The notes under the pieces were generated by a model. That model ran no database searches. It was given only the letters and a program-made list of their open reading frames with translations, and was not told the DNA's origin. A DNA stretch of 64,000 bases from the IMG/VR virus record IMGVR_UViG_3300042507_003741, positions 1 to 64,000 of that record. One strand, written 5' to 3'. Made by a program: the position numbers and the translations under genes. Shown one piece after another: positions 1 to 9,335 of the stretch. The stretch's first letter is position 1. Every line of letters starts with the position of its first letter. The stretch is from a virus.

Positions 1-230
1 CACTTCCTGTCGATCACCTTGCGTAGCGTGTCGGCATCCCGTCGCCGCTCGTCCCCCAGTTGCTCAAGCCTCTCGCGCAGAATGGAGTTCACGCCGCGCA
101 GCCGCCATATCTCGTCTACCAGCGGATTGGCGCCGGTCGCCCAATGCAGCAGCCACGCCGATCCAACGAACGACGCCGGGATGAGTACGGCCAAAGAAAA
201 CCACGCATACCAAGGCATTTCGTTAGGCAT
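1..230 (-). CDS. Small membrane/coiled-coil protein (MPNEMPWYAWFSL...), stop codon cut by window edge
   Basis: Near-identical to ORF 60572-60802; ATG at 228-230. Confidence 0.7.
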   Translation of the reverse strand, partial: MPNEMPWYAWFSLAVLIPASFVGSAWLLHWATGANPLVDEIWRLRGVNSILRERLEQLGDERRRDADTLRKVIDRK

Positions 231-232
231 TT
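1..232. repeat. Direct repeat, copy 1 (copy 2 at 60573-60804)
   Basis: First 127 nt identical, then 5 substitutions up to about nt 232, then unrelated sequence. Confidence 0.95.
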
Positions 233-254
233 TTCGTATCACATAGGACATGGT

Positions 255-611
255 TTAGGTCGGCCCCGCCCCGCCTACGTCAGTGACCCTAGCGGCGCTA
301 GGGCGTTCGACGGGAGCAGGGCCGACTTGTTGAGTTCGCTCCAGCAGCCCGCGAGCCACAGCGACCGCCGCCATGTCATCGTCGGCGTGGCATCCGTTCT
401 CCTGGCGGTCGATCTCGGAATACTCCGCGACTGCCTCGCACAGCCGCATTATCGCCTCTCGCTCCTCGTCGGTGAGCGTGGGCTGCGGAATCCAACTCCT
501 GCGGTCCAGTTCTCTCGCCGCGTCCAGCAAAACGTCACTGTAATCGGCACCGCAAATGTTGAGCGTGTCGCTCATGTCTCGCAGCCGTTCGGCCAGTTCG
601 TCCTGTGTCAT
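255..611 (-). CDS. Hypothetical protein with PTLTDEEREAI...GLLERT module
   Basis: ORF track; module shared with four other small ORFs. Confidence 0.65.
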   Translation of the reverse strand: MTQDELAERLRDMSDTLNICGADYSDVLLDAARELDRRSWIPQPTLTDEEREAIMRLCEAVAEYSEIDRQENGCHADDDMAAVAVARGLLERTQQVGPAPVERPSAARVTDVGGAGPT

Positions 612-682
612 ATCGAAGTCCTTTCTCGGGCTGCTCTCTGCGGTCAGTGATGATCGCCGCCTATTTTCGCGGTTTTCGCCGA

Positions 683-904
683 TTATCGGTCAAAATCCAC
701 GCGACACCGTGCAATCAGTGTCTCCAGCACGGCCGCGTGCCGCTCCTCTCCGGGCGTGTCGGAGTACGCCGCAAACCAAGCAATCGCCTCCTGCTCCTCG
801 TCGGTGAGCGTGGGCGAGCCGCTGTCGATCACAGCGCTAAGCCGCCGCACCTCTGCGGCGAGCAGGTCGGGATCTCGGCAGGTGTCAGGGTCAACTCGCA
901 TCAT
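683..904 (-). CDS. Hypothetical protein with PTLTDEEQEAI module
   Basis: ORF coupled to upstream gene by 4-nt overlap; shared module. Confidence 0.65.
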   Translation of the reverse strand: MMRVDPDTCRDPDLLAAEVRRLSAVIDSGSPTLTDEEQEAIAWFAAYSDTPGEERHAAVLETLIARCRVDFDR

Positions 905-1659
905 GCCTCTCCGTCTGGGTCATGGCTAGTCATGGTGCAGGGCAGCCCCTGCCTCGCCAGCGACTCCGGGTAGCCGTGTGCGATGAGCCACTCTGTTACG
1001 TCGCCGTCCGTCGCAGGGTCGTACAGTCGCGGAAATCCGTATCGCCAGCCGCTCGGCGGATCGACCAAGTGCGGTCGCTGCATCCACGCCGGCCGCAGCA
1101 AGGCCGGGCGTTGCTCGGCCTGCACCGGCCGCACTCGCGGCAGCACGCGGGCGACATCGTCCATCGACCAGGGCGTCCATGGCGCTGGACCCTCTGGCCC
1201 GTCGGCGTCAACGCCAACGTCCAGGGTATTCGTTTGCCGCTGCCTGTCCTCGTCTCGCAGCCGGCCATGCACATGGCCGTAGAGATGCCAGGAGCCTCTG
1301 TGACTGGCAGGCCAAGAGCGATGCGGGTAGTGCGACATCCAGATCCGCTGCGTGCCGACGCTGATCTCGGCCACCTCACCGACGCTGGCAAATCCCGCGC
1401 CTTCGCATTTCGACCGTCTGTCATGATTACCTAAAAGCAGCCGAACGTCGCGGCAGGCGATCTGATAGCGGTAGTAGTGAGGATTGCGACCCTTGAGGGC
1501 GAAGTCCCCGAGAATCCACAGCGTATCGTCTGGCTGCACCGCCGCGTTGATGGCGGCGATGATCGTCGCGTCCATCTCGGCTACGGCAGAAAACGGCCGC
1601 GAGCAGTGGCGGATGATGTTCGCGTGACCGAGATGCAAATCGGCGGTGAAGTAGATCAT
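901..1659 (-). CDS. Calcineurin-like metallophosphoesterase
   Basis: Motifs DLHLGH, LGD, GNHD, HYP, GHVH. Confidence 0.9.
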   Translation of the reverse strand: MIYFTADLHLGHANIIRHCSRPFSAVAEMDATIIAAINAAVQPDDTLWILGDFALKGRNPHYYRYQIACRDVRLLLGNHDRRSKCEGAGFASVGEVAEISVGTQRIWMSHYPHRSWPASHRGSWHLYGHVHGRLRDEDRQRQTNTLDVGVDADGPEGPAPWTPWSMDDVARVLPRVRPVQAEQRPALLRPAWMQRPHLVDPPSGWRYGFPRLYDPATDGDVTEWLIAHGYPESLARQGLPCTMTSHDPDGEA

Positions 1660-1935
1660 TCACGGCTTCTCCTTGAGAAACTCCGCCGGCGGAGCCTCTC
1701 GCAAGTACGCCGACACAATCGCCGGGACGGTGCCAATAGCGAAGCACGCCAGCAGGACGGCGATCACCGTCCACTTCTCCCACCGCTGGAGGTCTTCCGC
1801 CTGCCGGTCCAGAGCCGCCCGGAGAGCCAGCAGGTCGCACTCCATTCTCGTAATGGAATCCGGAGTAGCCAGAACGGGCATCCTTTCCCGCTCCGGCATC
1901 CCGGCGACGATTCGATCCATCTCCTCGACGCTCAT
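1660..1935 (-). CDS. Small membrane protein (coiled coil plus one TM helix)
   Basis: Likely start MSVEEMDRI overlapping the ssb stop; hydrophobic WTVIAVLLACFAIG. Confidence 0.55.
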   Translation of the reverse strand: MSVEEMDRIVAGMPERERMPVLATPDSITRMECDLLALRAALDRQAEDLQRWEKWTVIAVLLACFAIGTVPAIVSAYLREAPPAEFLKEKP

Positions 1936-2288
1936 GCGAACGGGATCTCGCAGTCCTCCTCGACCGCCCCAACAGCCTCGCGCTTCGGCCACCGCAGACT
2001 GACCCCCACCTCATTCGCCATCAGACGCAATGAGAAGCCCTGTGAGCCGTCCTTCTTCTCGTACGTCTCCAGGCCAGCCCGACCGGAAACGACCACTCTC
2101 TGGCCTTTCTGGAGCGTCTGGGAGCATGTCTCCGCCTGCTCGTCAAAGCAGACCACCTCTACCCACGTCGTCGGCCCGTCCTTCTTCTCCGTCGAGGCCA
2201 CCGAGAAGGTCAGCATGGCCTTCCCGCTCTTGGTGATCCGGAGTTCGTTCACCTTGCCCACATTGCCAGTCACGGTCGCTTCGATCAT
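1932..2288 (-). CDS. ssb: Single-stranded DNA-binding protein
   Basis: MIEATVTGNVGK...FSVA...TTWVEVVCF...KGQRVVVSGR; acidic tail ending EIPFA; GAGGA RBS. Confidence 0.9.
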   Translation of the reverse strand: MIEATVTGNVGKVNELRITKSGKAMLTFSVASTEKKDGPTTWVEVVCFDEQAETCSQTLQKGQRVVVSGRAGLETYEKKDGSQGFSLRLMANEVGVSLRWPKREAVGAVEEDCEIPFA

Positions 2289-2628
2289 CGTTTCCTCTCT
2301 CTCATTGGGACGCTGGACAGGTGGACAGCATATCGCTGGACGGGCGTTTAGCAACCCCCCAGCACGCAGGGGTCGATCTGTTTTGGGAAAAAATCCAGGA
2401 GGGGAACGTAACTGATACGTGACGCGGCTGGGGGGGGCTCGGGGGCGTTCCATCTATACGCCGCCCCCCGCCGCAGAAAACAAGGCACCAATCCTTCACG
2501 CTGTCCGTCGCTGCCGTGAAACCGGCCCACGAAACCCCTTTCCATCGCGGTCCGTTCGCTGCGGAGTCTGCCTTGTGTCGGAACGACGACGGCGTTCGAC
2601 CGTCCAGTGACCGACCGGAGGATGACCC

Positions 2629-2835
2629 ATGCCGACGTTCAACTACGTCCACTGCACCTGCTGCGGCAACCAATTCACGGATCGGCTCGGCCTTCTTCGC
2701 GGCATCGACGCTCTCCACTTCGTCTGCACCTTGTGCGACGACGAGCGGCGTGTGGAGAACGCCGACGCCCATAGCCGCTGGCTCGACGAGATGGAGGCGC
2801 AGTGCGGCTGGTTCTCCGCTGCCGACGAGCGGTGA
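2629..2835 (+). CDS. Small Cys-rich (zinc-binding-like) protein
   Basis: GGAGG RBS; CTCC...CTLC. Confidence 0.7.
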   Translation: MPTFNYVHCTCCGNQFTDRLGLLRGIDALHFVCTLCDDERRVENADAHSRWLDEMEAQCGWFSAADER

Positions 2836-2910
2836 TTTGCCGCTGCGGAGTCTGCCTTTCGGTGGCCGACGTTCGGCCTGCCGTCCCGTCCCTCTCACTC
2901 GGAGCGTCCC

Positions 2911-3090
2911 ATGTTCTGCGTCGTGTCCATCACCGCCAGCGGCGAGCGTCGTGCCTACGTCTTTCCCTGCGAGCGGAAGGCCCGCTGGTACATCAACGAC
3001 AACGCGGATGGCGTGCGGCTGTTCGTGTTGTACGACCCTGCCGGCGAAGTCGTGATCGAGTCTCGGTTCCCGGTGCTGATGGTGGCCTAA
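2911..3090 (+). CDS. Hypothetical protein (59 aa, MFCVVSITASG...)
   Basis: GGAG RBS, ATG 2911, TAA 3088-3090, lies between two motif copies; below ORF-track cutoff. Confidence 0.65.
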   Translation: MFCVVSITASGERRAYVFPCERKARWYINDNADGVRLFVLYDPAGEVVIESRFPVLMVA

Positions 3091-3176
3091 ATCGCCGCTG
3101 CGGAGTCTGAATTGTGGCGGCGGCACGTTGCCGTTCGTCACTGGTTCGGTTGTTTCTTTCCATGAGGAGAATTGCC

Positions 3177-3593
3177 ATGACGATTGCCCAAATCCAGAAG
3201 ATCGCTGCCGAAGCCGTTGCCAATGCCCTGCGGCTCACGCAGACCCAAGATGCCCCCGCCCCCGTGAAGAAGGCGAGCGGCGACCTCAAGGCCAAACGGC
3301 TGGCCGCATTGGAGAAGGCCCGTGCCGCGAAGAAGGCGAAGGCGCAGGCCAAGCCCGCAGCCGTTGTCGCGGAACCCGTGAAGAAGCCCGCGAAGGTGAA
3401 GAAGGCACGCCCCGCATGGAGCGTCAAGGATCATGTCACGAAGAAGAACGTGAAGGGCCAGATCGTGCAGATCGGACCGTTCACCGCGTGGCTCCCAGAG
3501 GGCGACGAGGAGCGCAAGGCTGCGGTGTTCTCCGCGATCAACGACGTGTGCCGCACGGACGAAGTGCGGAAGTTGGCCGCTGCCATCCGCTGA
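3177..3593 (+). CDS. Lys/Ala-rich basic protein, possible DNA-binding
   Basis: GAGGAG RBS; KARAAKKAKAQAKPAA...KKPAKVKKA. Confidence 0.75.
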   Translation: MTIAQIQKIAAEAVANALRLTQTQDAPAPVKKASGDLKAKRLAALEKARAAKKAKAQAKPAAVVAEPVKKPAKVKKARPAWSVKDHVTKKNVKGQIVQIGPFTAWLPEGDEERKAAVFSAINDVCRTDEVRKLAAAIR

Positions 3594-3730
3594 TTCCGCC
3601 GCTGCGGAGTCTGACCAGTGAGGGCCGACGACGGCTCGGGCGGGTTCGTAGCCCGCCCCCTCACCTACGCCCATCGCAACTTCGCGGTGGGCGTTTGTGT
3701 TTCTAGTCCCTGTTTCACAAGGAGTTCACC

Positions 3731-3952
3731 ATGCCCCGTTCCCCTCTCGCCCAGTTCACCGGCAAAGACGGCTGCCTGTACCTCATCAACCTCAAGAGCG
3801 ACGGTCGCGTGTACGGTCCGTACCTGGACGCAAAGCAGGTTCGCATGGCCCGTGCCTGCATCCCCGCCCACGAGCACAGCAACGACGTTGTGCGTGCGTT
3901 CCGCGACGGCCTGCCTGCGGGGGAGGCCGACGTCAATCCGCTGACCCGGTAA
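3731..3952 (+). CDS. Hypothetical protein
   Basis: AAGGAG RBS; bounded by motif copies. Confidence 0.75.
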   Translation: MPRSPLAQFTGKDGCLYLINLKSDGRVYGPYLDAKQVRMARACIPAHEHSNDVVRAFRDGLPAGEADVNPLTR

Positions 3953-4048
3953 ATCACCGCTGCGGAGTCTGATTTTCACACTGCGAATGGGGCCAGTCGT
4001 CACGGTGGCGGCTGGCCCCGTCGCATTTCACCCACGAGGAGCGATGCC

Positions 4049-4393
4049 ATGTACGAACCACTCGACAACACCACGCCTCACTGGCCCGACGACTGCGGCC
4101 ACGACACGCTCGATCCCGCGTCTTTCGTGGGCACGTTCAAGATGTTTCATCACCCCCGCGAGGCGATTGTGGACGTGTACGTCTATGACGCACTTGGCGA
4201 CCCGCTGTCGCAGGGCATCTGCCTTCGGCACGGAACCGATCACCTCTATTCCACCGTGCGGGTGAACGAGATGTTCGATCACCCAATCGGCATGGAGTAC
4301 GACGGCGGGCTGCTCCGCTGCGCACGCACGTTTCTACTGTCACGGGGCACGTTTCGCTGGCAACCAGTGGCCGCAGTCGCCCACGACAACTGA
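4049..4393 (+). CDS. Hypothetical protein
   Basis: GAGGAG RBS; bounded by motif copies. Confidence 0.7.
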   Translation: MYEPLDNTTPHWPDDCGHDTLDPASFVGTFKMFHHPREAIVDVYVYDALGDPLSQGICLRHGTDHLYSTVRVNEMFDHPIGMEYDGGLLRCARTFLLSRGTFRWQPVAAVAHDN

Positions 4394-4479
4394 TTCGATA
4401 CGCGATTCCGCCGCTGCGGAGTCTGGATTCTGACCGGCGGCACAGTGCCGCCCGGCTTTCACCACGAAGGGAGTGCGTC

Positions 4480-4833
4480 ATGCACAAAGAGATCGCAGAA
4501 ATGTGGGTCGCTGCACTGCGAAGCGACGAGTACGGGCAGACCTACGGGTATCTCCGCCAGGAGTACGAGCCCGGCCAGTTTGCCTACTGTGCGTTGGGCG
4601 TGCTGTGCGACATCCACGCGAAGGCCACCGGCCTGCCTTTCGACAAAGAAAACGGCGGGCTCCCAACGGAAGTCGCCGTGTGGGCGGGCCTGCACTGGCT
4701 TGACCCGGATGTCGTCATGCCCGTTGGCGACAACGAGGAGGAGCACATGTCCATCACGTCTGCCAACGACGAGTACGGGTTTCCGTTCTCGCAAATCGCA
4801 GCGGCCATCTCGACGCAGTGGGAACGCCTGTAG
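4480..4833 (+). CDS. Conserved-type phage hypothetical protein
   Basis: WVAALRSxEY..YCALGVLCD..ND..GFPFSQIA pattern; GGGAG RBS. Confidence 0.75.
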   Translation: MHKEIAEMWVAALRSDEYGQTYGYLRQEYEPGQFAYCALGVLCDIHAKATGLPFDKENGGLPTEVAVWAGLHWLDPDVVMPVGDNEEEHMSITSANDEYGFPFSQIAAAISTQWERL

Positions 4834-4911
4834 TTCCCGCTGCGGAGTCTGTCTCTCGGTGACCGGACGTTCCGGCCACCCGTCCCTTGTCCCTTGTTTT
4901 GAGGAGTTCCC

Positions 4912-5082
4912 ATGCGCACGCATGTCACCACCACCAGCCCCCGCCTCATGCACTTCGTCTCGCTCGCCCGCGTGGCAAGCGAGGTGGGTGCGAAGTCGCA
5001 GCGTCACCTTCTGGCCGACCTCCGCACGCTCACCCATCGTGAGCGTCGTGAAGTGGCCGACCTCGTGAAGAAGGAGGGCTGA
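4912..5082 (+). CDS. Hypothetical protein (56 aa, MRTHVTTTSP...)
   Basis: GAGGAG RBS, ATG 4912, TGA 5080-5082. Confidence 0.65.
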   Translation: MRTHVTTTSPRLMHFVSLARVASEVGAKSQRHLLADLRTLTHRERREVADLVKKEG

Positions 5083-5085
5083 TGT

Positions 5086-5343
5086 ATGGAGTGGATCAAA
5101 TGCACAGACAGGCTTCCGCCAGACGCTCGCCCGACATACGCACAGCCTCCTGTGCTGGCGTGTACGAGGGGTGGCACTCGGCAGGCGATGCACTACGACC
5201 ACGACATGAAGGACTGGTACTGCGCTCAAGGCGATGGCTATGGGGTGCATGGCGACATCACCCACTGGATGCCGATGCCGCCGCCGCCGCCGGAGCAGGA
5301 ACGCAAAGAGATCGCTGATGTTCTGTACCCAGAGGAGGACTGA
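5086..5343 (+). CDS. DUF551-like protein
   Basis: MEWIKCTDRLP...ITHWMPMPPPP. Confidence 0.8.
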   Translation: MEWIKCTDRLPPDARPTYAQPPVLACTRGGTRQAMHYDHDMKDWYCAQGDGYGVHGDITHWMPMPPPPPEQERKEIADVLYPEED

Positions 5344-5346
5344 CAC

Positions 5347-5775
5347 ATGGCCGAAGCATACAAGGTCGCGGCTTCGTACCGCGATTCGATCCTCGCCCAC
5401 CAACGCATCCTGTGCGGCGATGACGTAGGCGAGGGCAAGGCATGGCAGGAGCAGGCCATGCGCCTGTCGCATGAACTGGAACGCTACGCCAGTTTCCTGC
5501 GGGACTGCGTGGGCGGCGGCTATCCCGGCCCCGTCGCGTTCCCATCATGGGACGAGGATGCTGCGGAACGATGGGACGGATACCAAATGGTGTGCGATGC
5601 GATCCGCAAGGCCGATCTCATCGACTATCTGGAGCAAAGCCGCTCCACGCTCAGCGATGCGATTTTTGATGGCAGGCGTGGACTGAACGCCAGCCTGGAC
5701 GCGATGCGGGCGACCTCTCTGGCCGCAGACGCCACCACGTTTTTGCGGGCGCTCGGCGTTCCGCAGGAGGACTGA
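5347..5775 (+). CDS. Hypothetical protein
   Basis: GGAGG RBS; contiguous in operon. Confidence 0.65.
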   Translation: MAEAYKVAASYRDSILAHQRILCGDDVGEGKAWQEQAMRLSHELERYASFLRDCVGGGYPGPVAFPSWDEDAAERWDGYQMVCDAIRKADLIDYLEQSRSTLSDAIFDGRRGLNASLDAMRATSLAADATTFLRALGVPQED

Positions 5776-5903
5776 TGGGCAACAAGTGGAACGACCAGTG
5801 GTGGTCACTGGTCAAGGCTGAACGAGTCAAGGAGGAGGAGCGACTGCGAGTGGCACGCAAGCACGCCAAGCGAGCCACTCGCCGCAAACAAAAGCAGCGG
5901 TGA
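5775..5903 (+). CDS. Small basic protein (42 aa)
   Basis: TGATG coupling, GGAGG RBS, stop just before motif copy 8. Confidence 0.5.
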   Translation: MGNKWNDQWWSLVKAERVKEEERLRVARKHAKRATRRKQKQR

Positions 5904-5989
5904 TCCGCCGCTGCGGAGTCTGGTTTTCGGCATGGGCCGTCCCGTCGTGGGGCGGCCCTTTCTTTTTCACCTTCGCTGAGGAGCGAGAC

Positions 5990-7234
5990 ATGAGCGACGA
6001 GAACGAAGTCCTGCACGACGAGTACGGGTTCAACGAGACCACCGGCATCCACCACGAGACGGGAACCTTGTGGGATCCCAACGGGTTCGACATGGAGGGG
6101 ATCCACCCAGCCACCGAGACGGAGTTCCACCCTACCACCTCCCGCACGCGCGACGGCGAGGCATACGACTCGGCGGGGTACGACTACAGGGGCTTCAACG
6201 AGGACGGCTACGACCGGGATGGGTACGACTCGGACGGGTACAACTACAACGGGGAGGACTGCTACGGCTTCACCCGCTGCGCCAACGGCGAGTGCGACGA
6301 CGACGACTGCGAGTGTCACGGCTCGGGCTTCGACGACCAACTCGACGACTACGGCACGCGGGCTCACCTCGCGCATGGCTGGGCGGCTGACCCGGCTCGT
6401 GGCCCCGCGTACATGTACGCCGGGCACGAGATCGAGATGTACTCCGACGACGAGGACTTCAGCGACGTGGAACACACGCTCGCCCAAGTCAACGACCTGT
6501 ATCGGAAACTCAATCCGCTCACCCGCAACCGCAAGTGCGCCATCGCCAAACGCGACGGCTCGCTCGACGAGTACGGTCCCGGCGGCTTTGAGTTGGTCAC
6601 GGTTCCGCTCACGACCGAGCAGGTCTACGGCATCTTCGGGGCGTTCAAGACGCTCGGCGACGGACGCTGCTCGGCGTGGAACATGGGCGAGGACGTTGGT
6701 CACCACATCCACCTGTCCAAAGCGGCCATCGGCCCGCTCACGCTGGGCAAGTTGCTGGTGTTCATGAACGCCGAGCCCAACCGCACGTTCCTGGAGGCCA
6801 TCGCCTGTCGCCCTGCGGGGTTCAACAAGTTCCGCACCAAGCAACTGACCCAGACGGAGAACAGCGACCGCTACGAAGTGCTGAACGTGACGAACACCAC
6901 CGTCGAGTTCCGCCTGTTCAAGAGCAACCTGTACAGCCGAGCGATCCTCAAGAACCACGAGTTCGCCGTTGCGGCTGTCAAGTTCTGCGAGCAGGCAGCA
7001 CACGGGTTCGGTGCGGTCGAGTCGTCCCTCGACCCGCTGCACGTCGCCAACTTCCGCGACTTCGTGGCGGTCAACCGCAGTGCGTACCGCTACCTGCATG
7101 AGTTCCTGCTGTCGCATCCGCTCATCAGCGGCGGCTACCGCAGCAACAGTCCGCTCCCGGCGAGCATCGCCAACCCGAAGGAGCGGTCGCCCGTGTTCAA
7201 CATGATCCGTACGTCGTCCGTCGTCGGTGCCTGA
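5990..7234 (+). CDS. Putative amidoligase (COOH-NH2 ligase family) with N-terminal GYD/GFN repeats
   Basis: GHEIE, KRDGSL, GFELVT, GHHIHLS, RY..LN, TVEFRLF motifs; adjacent GATase. Confidence 0.75.
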   Translation: MSDENEVLHDEYGFNETTGIHHETGTLWDPNGFDMEGIHPATETEFHPTTSRTRDGEAYDSAGYDYRGFNEDGYDRDGYDSDGYNYNGEDCYGFTRCANGECDDDDCECHGSGFDDQLDDYGTRAHLAHGWAADPARGPAYMYAGHEIEMYSDDEDFSDVEHTLAQVNDLYRKLNPLTRNRKCAIAKRDGSLDEYGPGGFELVTVPLTTEQVYGIFGAFKTLGDGRCSAWNMGEDVGHHIHLSKAAIGPLTLGKLLVFMNAEPNRTFLEAIACRPAGFNKFRTKQLTQTENSDRYEVLNVTNTTVEFRLFKSNLYSRAILKNHEFAVAAVKFCEQAAHGFGAVESSLDPLHVANFRDFVAVNRSAYRYLHEFLLSHPLISGGYRSNSPLPASIANPKERSPVFNMIRTSSVVGA

Positions 7235-7271
7235 CCCCTGGTTTCACTCACACTCACAAGGAGATTCCTGC

Positions 7272-8123
7272 ATGTGCCTCGCCATCTACAAGCCCGCCAC
7301 CACCACGCCCGATTGGTCCGCCTACCGCAACGGCTTCGCCGTGAACGACGATTCGTGGGGGTTTGCCGTCGTCGTTGACGGCACGCTCGTCACCCGCTGC
7401 GGCATCGGCCCCTTTGAGGAGTTCCGCGAAGCCTTCAGCCCTTACGCCGACCGACAGGCCATCATCCACTTCCGATGGGCCACGCACGGCAAGAAGGACA
7501 CGGGCAACTGCCACCCGTTCATGGTGAGCGACGCGCTCGCCGTGATCCACAACGGCGTGATCTCCATCCAGTGCGACGTGGACAAGGATCGCAGTGACAC
7601 TTGGCACTTCAACGAGTTGGTGCTCAAGCCACTGCACTCTCGGGACGAGGACTTCTACCGCCGACGCGAGGTGGTGTACACGCAGCAACTCGCCCACTCC
7701 GGCAGCAAGTTCGTGTTCCTGCGGGCGGACGGCGACTACTCCATCTGGAACGAGGACGACGGCGACTGGTCGCGTGACGGTCACTGGTACAGCAACGACT
7801 CGCACGAGGGTTCGTACTACCGCAGCATCGGCTACGGACTGACCTCTCGCACCACGACGACGGCCACCAAGACCGAGCGTTCGTGGATCGAGGCGTCGGA
7901 TGGCAAGTGGAAGTACGTTGAGGAGGACACCGCCGCGTCCGCCTGCCGCACGGCGTACGACCGCATGGCCGACGAGCAGGAGGAGGAGGACCGCGAGGAT
8001 TCGTTCTACACCAACATGCGGGTGGAGGACTTGCTCGCCTACGGGTTCAGTCGCAAGTGCTTGGCAGAAGTGCAGGACATGCTCGGCCACTTGGGCATCG
8101 AGGCGCTGCACGACGCCCTCTGA
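7272..8123 (+). CDS. Class II (Ntn) glutamine amidotransferase
   Basis: N-terminal MC, NDDSWG, HFRWATHG, NCHPF, HNG, SDT. Confidence 0.88.
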   Translation: MCLAIYKPATTTPDWSAYRNGFAVNDDSWGFAVVVDGTLVTRCGIGPFEEFREAFSPYADRQAIIHFRWATHGKKDTGNCHPFMVSDALAVIHNGVISIQCDVDKDRSDTWHFNELVLKPLHSRDEDFYRRREVVYTQQLAHSGSKFVFLRADGDYSIWNEDDGDWSRDGHWYSNDSHEGSYYRSIGYGLTSRTTTTATKTERSWIEASDGKWKYVEEDTAASACRTAYDRMADEQEEEDREDSFYTNMRVEDLLAYGFSRKCLAEVQDMLGHLGIEALHDAL

Positions 8124-8170
8124 TTTTCCCGCTGCGGAGTCTGTCTATACGGCAAGCAAGGAGGCAAGCC

Positions 8171-8263
8171 ATGCACCACTGGACCCATGCGGAGATCGAA
8201 ATCTTCCTCGCCATGTGCTACGTCGCCATGAAGGCGCTGGCACGGTGGGCGGAACTCGACTGA
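8171..8263 (+). CDS. Very small hydrophobic protein (30 aa)
   Basis: AAGGAGG RBS directly after motif copy 9. Confidence 0.45.
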   Translation: MHHWTHAEIEIFLAMCYVAMKALARWAELD

Positions 8264-8278
8264 CTAGAGGAACCCCAA

Positions 8279-8464
8279 ATGCAGCCAAGAGCCAAGCGAC
8301 TGTATCGGATTGCCGTGCAACAGGAGGAGAGCAAGCCCGAAAGAACTATGTACTTCACGTCCCATTCGTACGGGCCGATCCGCGTCGTGATGCGGCGGTT
8401 CGCAAAGCGATTCCCCAACTACTTCAGCATCGACGTTCGATGTGTAACACCAAAGGAGGAATGA
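8279..8464 (+). CDS. Small basic hypothetical protein
   Basis: GAGGA RBS; coupled to next ORF. Confidence 0.55.
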   Translation: MQPRAKRLYRIAVQQEESKPERTMYFTSHSYGPIRVVMRRFAKRFPNYFSIDVRCVTPKEE

Positions 8465-8736
8465 CCATGCCTTTTGCAGATGCCAAGTACCCGCCGTCCG
8501 CCAAGCGACTGTCTGGCGGAGGCTGGCCCGCTCACACCGTCACGCTAGCCAACGGGGAGCGACTGTACATCGAGGAGGCCGGGCCAAAGGTGGAGATCGC
8601 CTTGTGCGACAAGGGAACCGACAACCCCGATCTTTGGGTGTGCGCCATCACCCGAAACGGCGTGCTTACCTACGGGTACAGCGGTGATTCATGCGAGAGG
8701 ATCGCACAGGAGGTGCCGCTGTCATGTCGGACCTGA
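8461..8736 (+). CDS. Hypothetical protein (start 8461 or 8467)
   Basis: AAGGAGG RBS; MTMPFADAKYP... Confidence 0.6.
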   Translation: MTMPFADAKYPPSAKRLSGGGWPAHTVTLANGERLYIEEAGPKVEIALCDKGTDNPDLWVCAITRNGVLTYGYSGDSCERIAQEVPLSCRT

Positions 8737-9029
8737 CCCCACGCGAGCGAGAGATCCTCACCCTCATCGCCCGCTCGATTGACGCCAATGGATACCAGCC
8801 TTCCTACCGGGAGATCGCCGCCCACTTCGGGTGGACCGGGCTCGGCTGGTTGCAGTACCTCGCCCGCCGCATCGCACTCAAGGGCCATGCCCAAGTGATC
8901 GGCCCCCGTGCGTGGTCGTTCGACTGGAAGTCTTACCTCAAGGAGCAGAAGCATGACGCTGCAAGAACTGATGGATCGCGTACTCGCCGTGTTCCCCGAC
9001 GCCATGTTCGACGAGAGCGACGCGCGTGA
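8724..9029 (+). CDS. LexA-type winged-HTH DNA-binding protein, no peptidase domain
   Basis: LTPREREILTLI...NGYQPSYREIAAHFG; AGGAGG RBS. Confidence 0.8.
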   Translation: MSDLTPREREILTLIARSIDANGYQPSYREIAAHFGWTGLGWLQYLARRIALKGHAQVIGPRAWSFDWKSYLKEQKHDAARTDGSRTRRVPRRHVRRERRA

Positions 9030-9117
9030 GGTCGTCATCTACACCGGGATGCTCCGGCATCCGGATGACAACTGGAACACAGGCTCGCGACCCGTCGAAC
9101 CGTTGACGGAGAACTGA
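8953..9117 (+). CDS. Small acidic hypothetical protein
   Basis: AAGGAG RBS; MTLQELMDRV... Confidence 0.55.
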   Translation: MTLQELMDRVLAVFPDAMFDESDAREVVIYTGMLRHPDDNWNTGSRPVEPLTEN

Positions 9118-9147
9118 AAACATGTACACTCAAACAGGAGGCGGGGC

Positions 9148-9324
9148 ATGCAATACCCGACTACTACTGTGACCCTCACGCCACGCGAGATCGACCTCAT
9201 CATCACGGCCCTGCACGAAAGTGCGGAGGATCGCGAGCAGTTCGATGAACCCGAGCAGTCGGCGGCGTTCGCCGTCTTGCAGCGGAGGTTCGTCAAGGCA
9301 CAGAACCAAGTCATCACCCACTGA
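9148..9324 (+). CDS. Hypothetical protein (58 aa, MQYPTTTVTLTPREIDL...)
   Basis: AGGAGG RBS; fills gap between genes. Confidence 0.6.
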   Translation: MQYPTTTVTLTPREIDLIITALHESAEDREQFDEPEQSAAFAVLQRRFVKAQNQVITH

Positions 9325-9335
9325 AAGGATCCACC

